From Vicinamibacteria bacterium (lineage in GTDB: Bacteria > Acidobacteriota > Vicinamibacteria > Vicinamibacterales > JAENWD01), in contig CAWHTD010000026.1 of the NCBI GenBank assembly GCA_963832135.1, positions 188,189 to 252,188 of the forward strand: DNA of 64,000 bases. The letters are read 5' to 3'. A program made the translations under genes and the position numbers. The notes beneath the pieces were generated by a model, which saw only the letters and a program-made list of their open reading frames with translations, searched no databases and had not been told where the DNA came from. Below are positions 36,851 to 46,584 of the stretch, one piece after another; within the stretch, counting starts at the first letter, position 1, and every line of letters begins with the position of its first letter.

Positions 36851-36964
36851 ACACGTAAATTCCCCACAAGAATGTGGCCACGTGCGATCGCGGCTCGCCC
36901 CCCCGGGCGGGGGCGCCTGGCCAGGCCACCCGAAAGGGCTACAAGAATGTCTGTGCGGGCGCGT

Positions 36965-36984
36965 GCGACATACATGAATGTCGC
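36965..36984. promoter_or_regulatory. Palindrome GCGACAT-ACATGA-ATGTCGC (second candidate activator site)
   Basis: Has the same 7 bp half-site as 36833-36850 and lies ~86-105 nt upstream of the -24 element. Confidence 0.4.
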
Positions 36985-37069
36985 AGACCATCACGGGTCG
37001 CCGGCAGCCCTTCGCCGCGATTCCCGAGCGAAAGCTCACGATGTCCCAATGCTGCGGCGCACTACCGCA

Positions 37070-37085
37070 TGGCACCCGCGTTGCA
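37070..37085 (+). promoter_or_regulatory. Sigma54 (-24/-12) promoter for amtB-glnK
   Basis: TGGCAC-ccgcg-TTGCA matches the TGGCAC-N5-TTGCW consensus exactly. It lies ~120 nt upstream of amtB. Confidence 0.7.
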
Positions 37086-37206
37086 CGAATGTCATCAATC
37101 GCCGGGCGCGAGTAACACCGCTCCGCCATAGGTTCCGTTGGCACGGGCAGAGTTCGTCAGCGCACCAGATGAACATCTCTGACCAACACCATCAACGAGG
37201 AGACGC

Positions 37207-38655
37207 ATGCAACGTGACACGCGCGAGATGTCCGTAACGAGCGCCACGCGACCCGCCGGTCGTGCGGACACTCGAAGACGTTCGGGATGTCGAGTCGTCG
37301 GAGCCGCGGCGCTCATCGCCGCGCTCGCTCCTACGCTGGCCCAGGCGCAAGACGCCGCGCCTCCTGCCATCAACCAGGCCGACACAGCCTGGATGCTCGT
37401 GGCCACCGCGCTCGTGCTCCTCATGACGCCTGCCCTTGCGTTTTTCTACGGGGGCCTCGTGCGTTCGAAAAACGCGCTCAACACGATGATGATGAGCTTC
37501 GTGGCGCTGGGGTTCGTGGGCGTCGTTTGGGCGCTGATGGGCTACTCGCTGGCCTTCGGCACCGGCAACAACGTCATCGGCGATCTCTCGATGGCGGCGC
37601 TGCGCAATGTGGGGCTCGGGCCACAGGGGACCACGGTCCTGATCCCGCAGGTGCTGTTCATGTCCTACCAGGGCACCTTCGCGATCATCACCGCCGCGCT
37701 TATCTCGGGCGCGATCGTCGAACGGATGCGCTTCCCCGCCTACACGCTCTTCATCGCGCTCTGGGCCATCGTCGTCTACGCTCCGATTGCGCACTGGGTC
37801 TGGGGCGGCGGATGGCTCGCGAAGATGGGCGCGCTGGACTTCGCCGGGGGAACAGTCGTGCACGTGAATGCGGGCGTGGCCGCGCTCGTGGCCGCCCGGG
37901 TGCTCGGCCCGAGAAAGGATTTCGCACGACAGGCGATTCTCCCCCATAACGTGCCGTTCACGCTGCTGGGCGCCGGGCTGTTGTGGTTTGGATGGTTCGG
38001 TTTCAACGCCGGCAGCGCGCTCTCCGCCGGCCCGGGTGCCGCGCTGGCCTTTACCACCACCTTCCTGGCGCCGATGGGCACGCTGGTGGTCTGGACGATG
38101 CTCGATCTGCTTCGGAACCAGAAGGCGACGGCTGTCGGCGCCGCCACGGCCATCGTTGTCGGCCTCGTTGCGATTACGCCGGCCGCGGGGTTCGTCAGCC
38201 CGATCAGCGCCCTCCTTCTCGGCGGGATTTCGGCGATCCCCAGCTACTACGCGCTCCTATGGCGCGCCCGCACGAGCCTCGACGACTCGCTCGACGTAGT
38301 CGCGGCGCACGGCCTTGGCGGAACGGTTGGCGCGCTTCTCACCGGCGTCTTCGCGGAGAAGGCGTGGAACGGCGTGGCCGACGGGTTGCTCTTCGGCAAC
38401 CCCGCCCAGCTGGGCATTCAGGCGGTCGCTATCGGCGCCGCAATCGTCTACAGCGGCGGCGCCAGTTTCGTGCTGCTGAAAATCGTGAACCTCGTTGCCC
38501 CGCTGCGCGCCGACACCGGAGAAGAGGGGTTCGGGATGGACGTCAGCCAGCACGGCGAGGAAGCCTACGCAGATGGCGAAGGCGCGATCCTGGTACTGCC
38601 GGAGCACGGCGTGTCGTCGGCGCGGCCGGCGCTCGCGACATCTGGAGGTCGGTGA
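37207..38655 (+). CDS. amtB: Ammonium transporter
   Basis: Signal peptide, then DTAWMLVATALVLLMTP...FFYGGLVR, DFAGGTVVHVNAG, VAAHGLGGTVGALLTG. Confidence 0.95.
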   Translation: MQRDTREMSVTSATRPAGRADTRRRSGCRVVGAAALIAALAPTLAQAQDAAPPAINQADTAWMLVATALVLLMTPALAFFYGGLVRSKNALNTMMMSFVALGFVGVVWALMGYSLAFGTGNNVIGDLSMAALRNVGLGPQGTTVLIPQVLFMSYQGTFAIITAALISGAIVERMRFPAYTLFIALWAIVVYAPIAHWVWGGGWLAKMGALDFAGGTVVHVNAGVAALVAARVLGPRKDFARQAILPHNVPFTLLGAGLLWFGWFGFNAGSALSAGPGAALAFTTTFLAPMGTLVVWTMLDLLRNQKATAVGAATAIVVGLVAITPAAGFVSPISALLLGGISAIPSYYALLWRARTSLDDSLDVVAAHGLGGTVGALLTGVFAEKAWNGVADGLLFGNPAQLGIQAVAIGAAIVYSGGASFVLLKIVNLVAPLRADTGEEGFGMDVSQHGEEAYADGEGAILVLPEHGVSSARPALATSGGR

Positions 38656-39017
38656 TGAAGCTGATTGTTGCGATTGTCCGGCCCGAACGGTTGAGCGCGG
38701 TGCTCGAATCGCTCTTCAAGGCGCAGATTCAGGGGTTGACCATCAGCCACGTGCAGGGTCACGGCGGTGAACGCGAGCAGGTCGAGACCTACCGCGGCAC
38801 CACGGTGAAGATGGAGCTGTCAGACAAGGTGCGTGTCGAGATCGGCGTGTCGAACCACTTCGTCGAGCCTACGGTCGATGCCGTACTCAAGGCCGCTCGC
38901 ACGGGAAGTGTCGGGGACGGCAAGATCTTCGTGCTGCCGGTCGAGAAGGTCTACCGCATCCGCACGGGTGAAGAAGACGAGGCGGCCGTCACTCCCGTCT
39001 CGCCTGTCGGCGCGTAG
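38655..39017 (+). CDS. glnK: P-II nitrogen regulatory protein (GlnK/GlnB)
   Basis: MKLIVAIVRPERL..., T-loop ..ETYRG.., TGSVGDGKIFVLPV. ATGA overlap with amtB. Confidence 0.9.
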   Translation: MKLIVAIVRPERLSAVLESLFKAQIQGLTISHVQGHGGEREQVETYRGTTVKMELSDKVRVEIGVSNHFVEPTVDAVLKAARTGSVGDGKIFVLPVEKVYRIRTGEEDEAAVTPVSPVGA

Positions 39018-39037
39018 TCACGAAAGCGGAGTCTGAA

Positions 39038-39064
39038 GGGTGGTGAGCCGTTCGCTCATCACCC
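39038..39064. terminator. Hairpin between convergent glnK and the M48 peptidase gene
   Basis: gggtggtgagc-cgttc-gctcatcaccc. There is no clear U-tract. Confidence 0.4.
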
Positions 39065-39098
39065 GCTCCGCCCGAACGTCACTTCTTCCCGCCGGTGC

Positions 39099-40391
39099 TC
39101 ACTTGAACACGTTGTCATAGACGAGTGGCTCGCCCGTCTCCCACGGTCGGTAAGCATTGGCGAATTCGATGCGCTCGGCCAGCGTCGGATGAGATGCGCG
39201 CCAGAGCCGCACCAGCCAATGAGGACGCGGGTTGGCGAGGTTGTCCTGCTGCAGCTTGACGAACGCCAGGGCGGCCGGCCGATTCGCGCGGGTGATCTCG
39301 AGGCCGAACCGATCCGCTTCGTGCTCGTAGTGCCGCGTGAATGCCAGCGCCAGGGGCGAAGCGATGAACCCGCACAGGCTGAAGAGCAGCAGGATCAGCG
39401 GCAATGACGCGGCATCGGCAAGCTCAGTGAAGCCGAACTGCGTCCGGTACCGGCCGATCAGCCATCCAGCCGTCCTGTGCACGACATACAACACCAGGCC
39501 GATCAGCACCGAAAAGAACCCGATCAACTTCCACGTGTGGCCGAGCACGTAGTGCCCCATTTCGTGGCCCATCACGAAGAGCAGTTCGGGTTCGTCGAGC
39601 CGCGCAATGATCGTGTCCCACAAGACGATGCGCTTGGTGGCACCGAATCCCGCGACATAGGCATTGAGGGTCTTGGTGTCAGTGCTCTTGTCGACCTCGT
39701 AGACCCGCCCGCCCTCGATGCCCGATCGATCGGCGAGCTGCAGGATCCGCGCTTCGAGCGCCTTGTTCTTCATCGGGCCGAACGTGTTGAAAAGCGGATC
39801 GATCCAGACCGGCGTGACGAGCAGCACAAAGCAGAGGAACGGAACGGCCGCAATCGAAGTGTAGAGCCACCAGCGCCGCGGGCTTTTCTGGAGCAGGAGA
39901 TACGGCACCCAGAGAAACAGCCCGCCCATGATGATGCCGACGACCAGGCCCTTGATGCTGTCGCCGAACCACTTGGCAAACGTCTGGTTCGACAGGCCAT
40001 ACGCGTGCTCACGCGCGAACTCTTCATAATAGGCGCGGGGCAGGTCGACGACGAACGTGACGATCGAGAAGATCGCGAAATACACGCCGACGATCACGAT
40101 GCGCCTCCGGCTCAGACGCGACGCCCACGTGCGCATACGGGCCGAGAGCCCGGTGAGCAGGATGGCCGCCGGCAGGATCAGCCCCCAAAGCGTATCGACG
40201 AGCCATAATGCGATGCCGCTCCGATACCGCTGCATCGCCACGGGACTCGGCTCCGGAACGGGAACCGGGGCTTCTGCCGATGGAGAGGGGCTCAATCGCT
40301 GAGCGCCAGGTTCGGCTGGTGGAGCCTGGCTGGCCCACGCGGGAATCGACAACAGCCACAACGCGACGACCGCCGCGACGCACGCACGCAT
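39099..40391 (-). CDS. M48-family (Ste24/HtpX-like) zinc metallopeptidase
   Basis: FVMGHEMGHYVLGH (HExxH), multiple TM segments. ATG at 40391 (MRACVAAVVALWLL...). Confidence 0.85.
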   Translation of the reverse strand: MRACVAAVVALWLLSIPAWASQAPPAEPGAQRLSPSPSAEAPVPVPEPSPVAMQRYRSGIALWLVDTLWGLILPAAILLTGLSARMRTWASRLSRRRIVIVGVYFAIFSIVTFVVDLPRAYYEEFAREHAYGLSNQTFAKWFGDSIKGLVVGIIMGGLFLWVPYLLLQKSPRRWWLYTSIAAVPFLCFVLLVTPVWIDPLFNTFGPMKNKALEARILQLADRSGIEGGRVYEVDKSTDTKTLNAYVAGFGATKRIVLWDTIIARLDEPELLFVMGHEMGHYVLGHTWKLIGFFSVLIGLVLYVVHRTAGWLIGRYRTQFGFTELADAASLPLILLLFSLCGFIASPLALAFTRHYEHEADRFGLEITRANRPAALAFVKLQQDNLANPRPHWLVRLWRASHPTLAERIEFANAYRPWETGEPLVYDNVFK

Positions 40392-40496
40392 AAGTCCTCC
40401 GCTCGCTGCAAAGTTCGCGCGGAGTCTAGCACTTCCGCTCGGTGCCGCCGGATCCCGTGGCGCCACGCGCGCCCCACGAACCGCTACGATAAACGC

Positions 40497-41288
40497 ATGA
40501 CGGTCACCCACAGGATAAATGCCGAACGGCTGGTCGTCCTCGGCTGGGGCCGAGCGATCCTCATGCAGCTCGCACATCCCCTTGTGGCGCAGGGGGTCGC
40601 CGACCACAGCGACTTTCGCAGCACGGCGTTGTCGCGCGTGCGCCGCCTTCACGGCACGATCAAGGCTATGCTTGCGCTGACGTTCGGGGACGCCGCCGCC
40701 GCCGAGACCGCTGCGAGCCGGATCAATGCCATCCACGACCGCGTGCACGGCCAGCTCACCGAGGATGCCGGCGCATGGACCGCCGGCACTCCATATACCG
40801 CGACGGACCCACAGCTCCTCACCTGGGTGCAGGCGACCCTGCTCGATTCGATGCCGCTTGCCTACGAGCGGTTGATCGCTCCGCTGGCCCGCGCCGATCT
40901 GGATGCGTACTGCGCGGAGGCGAGCGCCGCCAGTCCGCGGCTTCGCCTCGCGGCTGGGTCCGTGCCCTCATCGCGAGACGACCTCGATGCCTATCTCGTT
41001 CGGATGCTGGAGGGCCCGACGATAGCCGTCACCTCGACCGCGCGCGAGCTTGCGCGGGAAGTGATCGAACCGCCTGCGTCGGACGCGCTGTGGCCTGTCT
41101 CGGCAATGGCTCGGCTCGCCTCCATTGGATGGCTGCCGCCGCGCATCAGATCCGCCTACGGTTTTCAGTGGGACGACGAGGACGACCGACGTCTGGACGC
41201 CTGGTGCAGGCGGGTGCGGTTCATGCGGCAATTGACGCCGGACTGGCTGGCACAGTGGCCCGCCGCGCGGCGATCGGCTCGCGTGTGA
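40497..41288 (+). CDS. MpaB/DUF2236-family oxygenase-like protein
   Basis: INAERLVVLGWGRAILMQLAHPLVAQGV...INAIHDRVHG. Confidence 0.6.
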   Translation: MTVTHRINAERLVVLGWGRAILMQLAHPLVAQGVADHSDFRSTALSRVRRLHGTIKAMLALTFGDAAAAETAASRINAIHDRVHGQLTEDAGAWTAGTPYTATDPQLLTWVQATLLDSMPLAYERLIAPLARADLDAYCAEASAASPRLRLAAGSVPSSRDDLDAYLVRMLEGPTIAVTSTARELAREVIEPPASDALWPVSAMARLASIGWLPPRIRSAYGFQWDDEDDRRLDAWCRRVRFMRQLTPDWLAQWPAARRSARV

Positions 41289-41390
41289 GTCGGCCGACTC
41301 CCTTCAGAAGGCGAGCTCGAGCGCAAACAGCGTGCAAAGGCCTTGCTTGCGAGGTGTACGATTTACAGAGCGAACTCATTGAGGGTGATC

Positions 41391-42353
41391 ATGGGGGACA
41401 CAACATCGCAAGGCGGAATACCGTACCGAACACTGGGTCGAACGGGCGAACGCGTTTCCTCCATCGGCCTGGGCGGATGGCATCTGGGCTTGAAACACGT
41501 CGACGAGCCGCTCGCCTATCGAATCATCAGGCACGCGATCGATCGCGGCGTTAACTTCCTCGACAATTGCTGGGACTACAACGACGGTGCCAGCGAGATC
41601 CGCATGGGTAAGGCGTTGCGCGACGGCTATCGCGATCGCGTCTTCCTGATGTCGAAGATCGACGGTCGGACGAAGAAAGAAGCGGCGCGACAGCTCGACG
41701 AGTCTCTGCGACGCCTGCAGACCGACCGCATCGACCTCGTGCAGCACCACGAAGTCCTCCGATACGAGGACCCGCACCGCGTCTTCGACGAAGACGGCGC
41801 CCACACCGCGCTCCTCGAGGCCCGGACGGCCGGAAAGGTGCGTTACATCGGCTTTACCGGGCACAAGGACCCGCGGATTCACCTCTACATGCTGGACGTC
41901 GCACAGGAGAATGGATTCCGATTCGACACGGTGCAGATGCCGCTCAACGTGATGGACGCGCACTACCGCAGCTTCGAGCGTCTGGTGTTGCCGGAGCTCG
42001 TGCAGCAGGAGATTGGCGTCCTCGGGATGAAGTGCATGGCCAACGGCATCATCCTCCGATCGAGAACGGTGACGCCGGCCGAGTGTCTGCGCTACGCGCT
42101 CCACCTCCCCACGTCTGTCGTCATCACGGGAATCGACAGCATGCAGATCCTCGAGCAGGCGATCGAGGCGGCGCGGAGGTTCACGCCAATGAGCCAGTCT
42201 GAGGTCACGGCACTGCTGGCCCGCACTGCCAAGGCAGCATCGCGCGGTCACTTCGAGTTGTTCAAGACGACCTCAGCGTTCGACGCAACGGCACAGAACC
42301 CGGCCTGGCTCGGTGAGGAACCCGAGCACGTGCAGCAGGTGATGCCGTCGTAG
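41391..42353 (+). CDS. Aldo/keto reductase
   Basis: IPYRTLGRTGERVSSIGLGGWHLG...NFLDNCWDYNDGASE...DLVQHHE. Confidence 0.85.
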   Translation: MGDTTSQGGIPYRTLGRTGERVSSIGLGGWHLGLKHVDEPLAYRIIRHAIDRGVNFLDNCWDYNDGASEIRMGKALRDGYRDRVFLMSKIDGRTKKEAARQLDESLRRLQTDRIDLVQHHEVLRYEDPHRVFDEDGAHTALLEARTAGKVRYIGFTGHKDPRIHLYMLDVAQENGFRFDTVQMPLNVMDAHYRSFERLVLPELVQQEIGVLGMKCMANGIILRSRTVTPAECLRYALHLPTSVVITGIDSMQILEQAIEAARRFTPMSQSEVTALLARTAKAASRGHFELFKTTSAFDATAQNPAWLGEEPEHVQQVMPS

Positions 42354-42390
42354 GCGCAGTGGATGCCCGAACTGACGCTCGGGCCACGCA

Positions 42391-42445
42391 GGAAGAATTC
42401 GAGAAACCGAGAAAGACGATCGTAGGCCCGAGCTCTAGCTCGGTC
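42391..42445. repeat. Dispersed repeat copy (GAAGAATTCGAGAAACCGAGAAAG + GTAGGCCCGAGCTCTAGCTCGG hairpin)
   Basis: Shares the GAAGAAnTCGAGAAACCGAGAA head with 44005, 59594 and 8445-8490, and the hairpin type with 56348. Confidence 0.65.
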
Positions 42446-42449
42446 GAAT

Positions 42450-43982
42450 TCAGGCGACGGCCGGCGCGGCTGATGGCGCGGGCTCCGGCACGTACTCACG
42501 TTCGCGGCGCCTGAGGGCCTTGTACCGTTTGAAGGCCTGTCGCTCGTTTTCCAGCCCGAGCCAGGTGCGCCACGTCGATCCGCGAAACGTGTGCGCGAAC
42601 ATCCGATACGCGTTCCGCACGACAAACCATGGGTCGTGCCCCAAGGCGGCCGGCATGTGCCGCACTTTCATCCAGCGCTCGGCGCGCCATCGCAGAAATT
42701 CCACCTCCTCGGCATCGAGGTGCGCGGTGCGGACGACCGCCGTCGTGCCGTCGTACTCCTCGAGTCGATCGCTCACCAACAGTCCGCGCTCGATGAAGTC
42801 GCGCGTCATCGGCGTGCGCGGGTAGGGCGTCGGATGCTGGATGTACGGCCAGTCGATGTGACGCTCGGCAAAGGCCAGATTCGCGTCGATGGCGGCGCGG
42901 GTGTCGTCGGGGTTGCCGATGATCAGGCCACCGACGACGTACATGCCGTGGCGATGGAGATACTGGACAGCATCGAGCGCCGCATTCCCCACGGGCCGGC
43001 CGCCCTCGCGCCGGATGTTCTTGGCGCGCGCGCGCAGGAACACGAGGTCGTCGGCAAGCACGTTTTCGATGCCCAGGAAGACATAGCGGAACCCCGCCCG
43101 CCGCATGAGCGGCGCCAGCGTCTCGCCATGCTGCGCGATGGCCGACGTCATGCCCTGCACCAGGTAATCGAGATCGTTCAATCCCGCGTCGATGATCGCG
43201 CGGCACAGCGCCTCGAAGCGCGTGACGTCGAGCGTGATGTTGTCGTCGACGAGGAAGATCGCCCGCGCGCCGTGTGCCTTGGCGTCGCTGATGTCGGCCA
43301 GCACCCGGGAAAAATCGAACGTGTGAAAGTTCCGGCCGCGCATTTCGATGATCGAGCAGAAGCTGCAATCGAACGTGCAGCCGCGTGAGGTCTCGATGAC
43401 GTCGATCTGCCGGCCGAGCAGTGTATAGCCCGAGAGCACGCGGGCGCTGCGCTTCGGCAGCGCGAGATCGTCCTGCCGCAACCGGCTCACGGGCCGGTCC
43501 GGGTTGTGAGTCATCCCTCGCGTGGTCGAGCGCCAGGACAGACCCGGAATCGATGCAACGCTCCCTGCGCCGTCCAGCGCGCGCAGCAGATCGCGAAACG
43601 TCAACTCCCCTTCCCCGCGGACGATGAAGTCGACGCCGGTGTCGGGCGCTGCGTAAGCATCCGCCGCGAGGCTCGGGTCGTAGCCGCCGACTACCACACG
43701 AACAGTGGGACACAAGCTCCGGATGTGGGTGATGAGCCGGAGGGCGGTGCGCCGCTGAAAGGTCATCACCGACAGGCCGACGACATCGGGCCGTTGTCCG
43801 CGAACGAGACGTTCGACGGTGGGAAGCACGCGATCGTGGACGAGGATGAGGTCCGCGACGGCCACGTGATGATGGGCGTCGATATTGCCCGCGAGCGATG
43901 TGAGCGCGCCGTTCGGCATGCGAACGGCGACGGGCGCCATGTGCTCGAACGAGTCCGGCATCGAGAGGAGCAGAACGTTCAT
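42450..43982 (-). CDS. B12-binding-domain radical SAM protein (class B)
   Basis: N-terminal cobalamin-binding-like region (VVGLSVMT...), CTFDCSFCS (CxxxCxxC) and a long C-terminal extension. Confidence 0.8.
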   Translation of the reverse strand: MNVLLLSMPDSFEHMAPVAVRMPNGALTSLAGNIDAHHHVAVADLILVHDRVLPTVERLVRGQRPDVVGLSVMTFQRRTALRLITHIRSLCPTVRVVVGGYDPSLAADAYAAPDTGVDFIVRGEGELTFRDLLRALDGAGSVASIPGLSWRSTTRGMTHNPDRPVSRLRQDDLALPKRSARVLSGYTLLGRQIDVIETSRGCTFDCSFCSIIEMRGRNFHTFDFSRVLADISDAKAHGARAIFLVDDNITLDVTRFEALCRAIIDAGLNDLDYLVQGMTSAIAQHGETLAPLMRRAGFRYVFLGIENVLADDLVFLRARAKNIRREGGRPVGNAALDAVQYLHRHGMYVVGGLIIGNPDDTRAAIDANLAFAERHIDWPYIQHPTPYPRTPMTRDFIERGLLVSDRLEEYDGTTAVVRTAHLDAEEVEFLRWRAERWMKVRHMPAALGHDPWFVVRNAYRMFAHTFRGSTWRTWLGLENERQAFKRYKALRRREREYVPEPAPSAAPAVA

Positions 43983-44004
43983 GCCCGGAACGGACAGTCT
44001 AGCA

Positions 44005-44127
44005 AGAAGAAGAAATCGAGAACACGAGAAACCGAGAACACGAGAAGGAGCTCGAGAACACCAGAGATGCGTAGGGGCGGAGTATAGGGGCGCACAGCGT
44101 GCGCCCTGTGATGGCGGAAATCGAACG
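44005..44127. repeat. Dispersed composite repeat copy
   Basis: agaagaagaaatcgagaacacgagaaaccgagaacacgagaaggagctcgagaacac...gtaggggcgg..taggggcgcacagcgtgcgccc. It is nearly collinear with the reverse complement of 8412-8490. Confidence 0.75.
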
Positions 44128-44128
44128 C

Positions 44129-44833
44129 CTATGCGGCATTCCGGCGGCGACGGCGGGCCGCAATAGCTCCAGCGAGACCGCTGCCGAGGAGCAGCATGCT
44201 GCCGGGCTCGGGTACAGGGTCCAGCGGCGGAAGTGCCTCGTCGAAGTGAATGTTGTCGATGGAGAAATCGTATAGGCCTTCCGCACCAACCGGAAAAGCC
44301 TCGATACTTACAATGGTGCCCGTAGCCGCGAAGCCGATCTGCTTTTGCCCACTGGCCGGCCCGGGTGGCAGCAAAAAAACGGCGGAGTTGCCGTTGTTGT
44401 CATAAACGCGATACAGAACGTCCACGAGCCAAGTGTTGTACACGTCCACGAAAAAGTTGTTGATTGGCTCGCTGAAAGTGATGGTCAACGGGTTGGACAA
44501 TACTGGGGGGATAGTCGTGCACTCACCATGACACGCGGTGAGATAAATCGTGCTCTGGTTCGCCGGCACGTCGAGAGCTTTTATAAGAAAAACACCCCCG
44601 TCGACGGCGACGTCCAAGCCCCCGGCGTGGAACGCCCCTTGGTCCGGTTGGAAAGGGTCAATTTGAGAAAGGCGCGAGGGACCAGTGCCACCTGGAAAGA
44701 CGTCTTCAAAATCGATCTCGCTGGCAGCGGCCGGCGATGCCATCAGGGCCACTGTCGCCGCCAGAGCCGCTCGCACCAGCCAACCAAGGAACGTCGCCTT
44801 CACGATTCCTCCAATTCCCCATCGCGTGAACAT
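44129..44833 (-). CDS. PEP-CTERM sorting-domain protein
   Basis: Signal peptide, then C-terminal VPEPGSMLLLGSGLAGAIAARRRRR. The gene is visibly less GC-rich than its neighbours. Confidence 0.8.
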   Translation of the reverse strand: MFTRWGIGGIVKATFLGWLVRAALAATVALMASPAAASEIDFEDVFPGGTGPSRLSQIDPFQPDQGAFHAGGLDVAVDGGVFLIKALDVPANQSTIYLTACHGECTTIPPVLSNPLTITFSEPINNFFVDVYNTWLVDVLYRVYDNNGNSAVFLLPPGPASGQKQIGFAATGTIVSIEAFPVGAEGLYDFSIDNIHFDEALPPLDPVPEPGSMLLLGSGLAGAIAARRRRRNAA

Positions 44834-45199
44834 TTCGCGATTGGACCTCAATAGCGGTGCCACGCACCGCCGAGCGGAACGCACGGATATATATCCGTTT
44901 TCAAGGCCGTTTGCAACGAAGTCGCTGCAGAGAGCGACTTAACTCGGCAATGACGCGAAGACATAAGCGAAAGGTGGATTTCTACTGCTCCCGTCCCAAA
45001 GTCGGTGAGACGCTGTTCGGCGATGAACGGTGCCGTCAGGGTTTTGCTTGACCTCCACACCGATTAGCGCGACTTTGATGCAGGTTGAGGTCGGCACGGT
45101 TTTCGGAAGAGCCGCCGGCAACAGCAAGAAACAGGTACATGTGGAGGCGGGGCTTCAGCCCCGCCCGCGCGCTGCGGGCGATTCGGCGAAGGAGCGGGC

Positions 45200-45583
45200 A
45201 TGGCTACCACGCAACGGGACGACGAGCGCGAACTGGCGCAGGCAATTCTCACCGGCGCACACCGGCGGCGGGAACAGTCGTTCGGGTCGTACTTCGGGCC
45301 GGAGGGAGGGTCCTGTGCGCTTGGTGCGGCGTACGAGGGCGTGTACCTGTTGCCGACCGATGCGCACGATGTGATGCCGCGGCGGCTCGATCGCTTCTTT
45401 CACTGCCTGGAAAACGTGTCGCGCCGCTGTCCCGCGGGCTGCCGGAAGCAGATTCCCATCGGCGCGATGATCGTTCACCTGAACGACGACCACCGCTGGA
45501 CACGCGAGCAGATTGCCCAGTGGCTCGAAGACCCGCCATCGGCCGTCCGCCGGCACCAGGCGCAGACCGAACCGCCGAGTTGA
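45200..45583 (+). CDS. Hypothetical protein (127 aa)
   Basis: Coherent non-repetitive ORF with ATG and an upstream GGAG. I recognise no motif. Confidence 0.45.
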   Translation: MATTQRDDERELAQAILTGAHRRREQSFGSYFGPEGGSCALGAAYEGVYLLPTDAHDVMPRRLDRFFHCLENVSRRCPAGCRKQIPIGAMIVHLNDDHRWTREQIAQWLEDPPSAVRRHQAQTEPPS

Positions 45584-45672
45584 TCGGGCTGGACCTGACC
45601 GCCTCCGCCAAGGCCGCGGCGATCCGCCGAAGCCAATGCGAAGGCGGAAGGTCCGGCCTACATGTGACGGGG

Positions 45673-46572
45673 TCAGGCGCCGGCAGTGGCGTCGGCGCCG
45701 CTCAGCTGCTCCAGCGCCAACATCAGCGCGTGGGTGCCAAGCCGCCCGTGTCCCTGCGCCCGCACGGCAACATAGAGCTGGTGCACGAGCGCGAGTCCTG
45801 GCATCGCCACCTTCATCCGCCGCGCTTCGTCGAGGGCGATACCCATGTCCTTGATGAAGTGCTCGACGAGGAAGCCGGGATCGAAGTTTCGCTTCAGGAC
45901 GCGAGGCGCCAGGTTCTCGAGCGTCCAGCACCCCGCGGCGCCGCTTCGAATCGATCCGAGCATCGTCTCCAGATTCAAGCCTGCGCGCGCCCCGTAGAGC
46001 AGGCTCTCGCAAACGCCGATCATCGTGCCGGCAATCACGATCTGATTGCACATCTTGGTGTGCTGCCCTGCGCCCGGGCCGCCCTGGTGCACGATGTTCT
46101 TGCCCATGACCTCGAAGAGCGGTGTCACGCGATCGACTGGGGCGGAGTCGCCTCCCACCATGATCGACAGGGTGGCATTTCGCGCTCCCACATCCCCGCC
46201 CGAGACCGGGGCGTCGACTGCCGCGGCGCGCTTCTCCTTTGCGGCCGCTGCGATCTCCTTGGCGAGGCTGGGCTCGGTCGTCGTCATGTCGACGGCAATC
46301 GTGCCAGCCCGAATCGCCCGGAGCACGCCCGCCGGTCCGAAATAGACATCGCGCACGTCTGCGGGAAATCCCACCATCGAAAAGACCACCTCGGAAGTGG
46401 CGGCGACCTCCTCCGGCGACGAAGCCCAACGCGCGCCCTGATCGAGAAGCGCTCCGGCGCGTTCCCTGGTTCGGGAATACACCGTGACGGGATACCCCTT
46501 CGCGAGCAGATGCCCGCACATCGAACGGCCCATGATGCCGGTGCCAATCCAGCCGAGAGCATCGAGTGACAT
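45673..46572 (-). CDS. NAD(P)-dependent 3-hydroxyisobutyrate/6-phosphogluconate dehydrogenase-family oxidoreductase
   Basis: [18 protein letters not shown] (Rossmann)...VDAPVSGG... Confidence 0.85.
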   Translation of the reverse strand: MSLDALGWIGTGIMGRSMCGHLLAKGYPVTVYSRTRERAGALLDQGARWASSPEEVAATSEVVFSMVGFPADVRDVYFGPAGVLRAIRAGTIAVDMTTTEPSLAKEIAAAAKEKRAAAVDAPVSGGDVGARNATLSIMVGGDSAPVDRVTPLFEVMGKNIVHQGGPGAGQHTKMCNQIVIAGTMIGVCESLLYGARAGLNLETMLGSIRSGAAGCWTLENLAPRVLKRNFDPGFLVEHFIKDMGIALDEARRMKVAMPGLALVHQLYVAVRAQGHGRLGTHALMLALEQLSGADATAGA

Positions 46573-46584
46573 GGAAGCCCGCCC

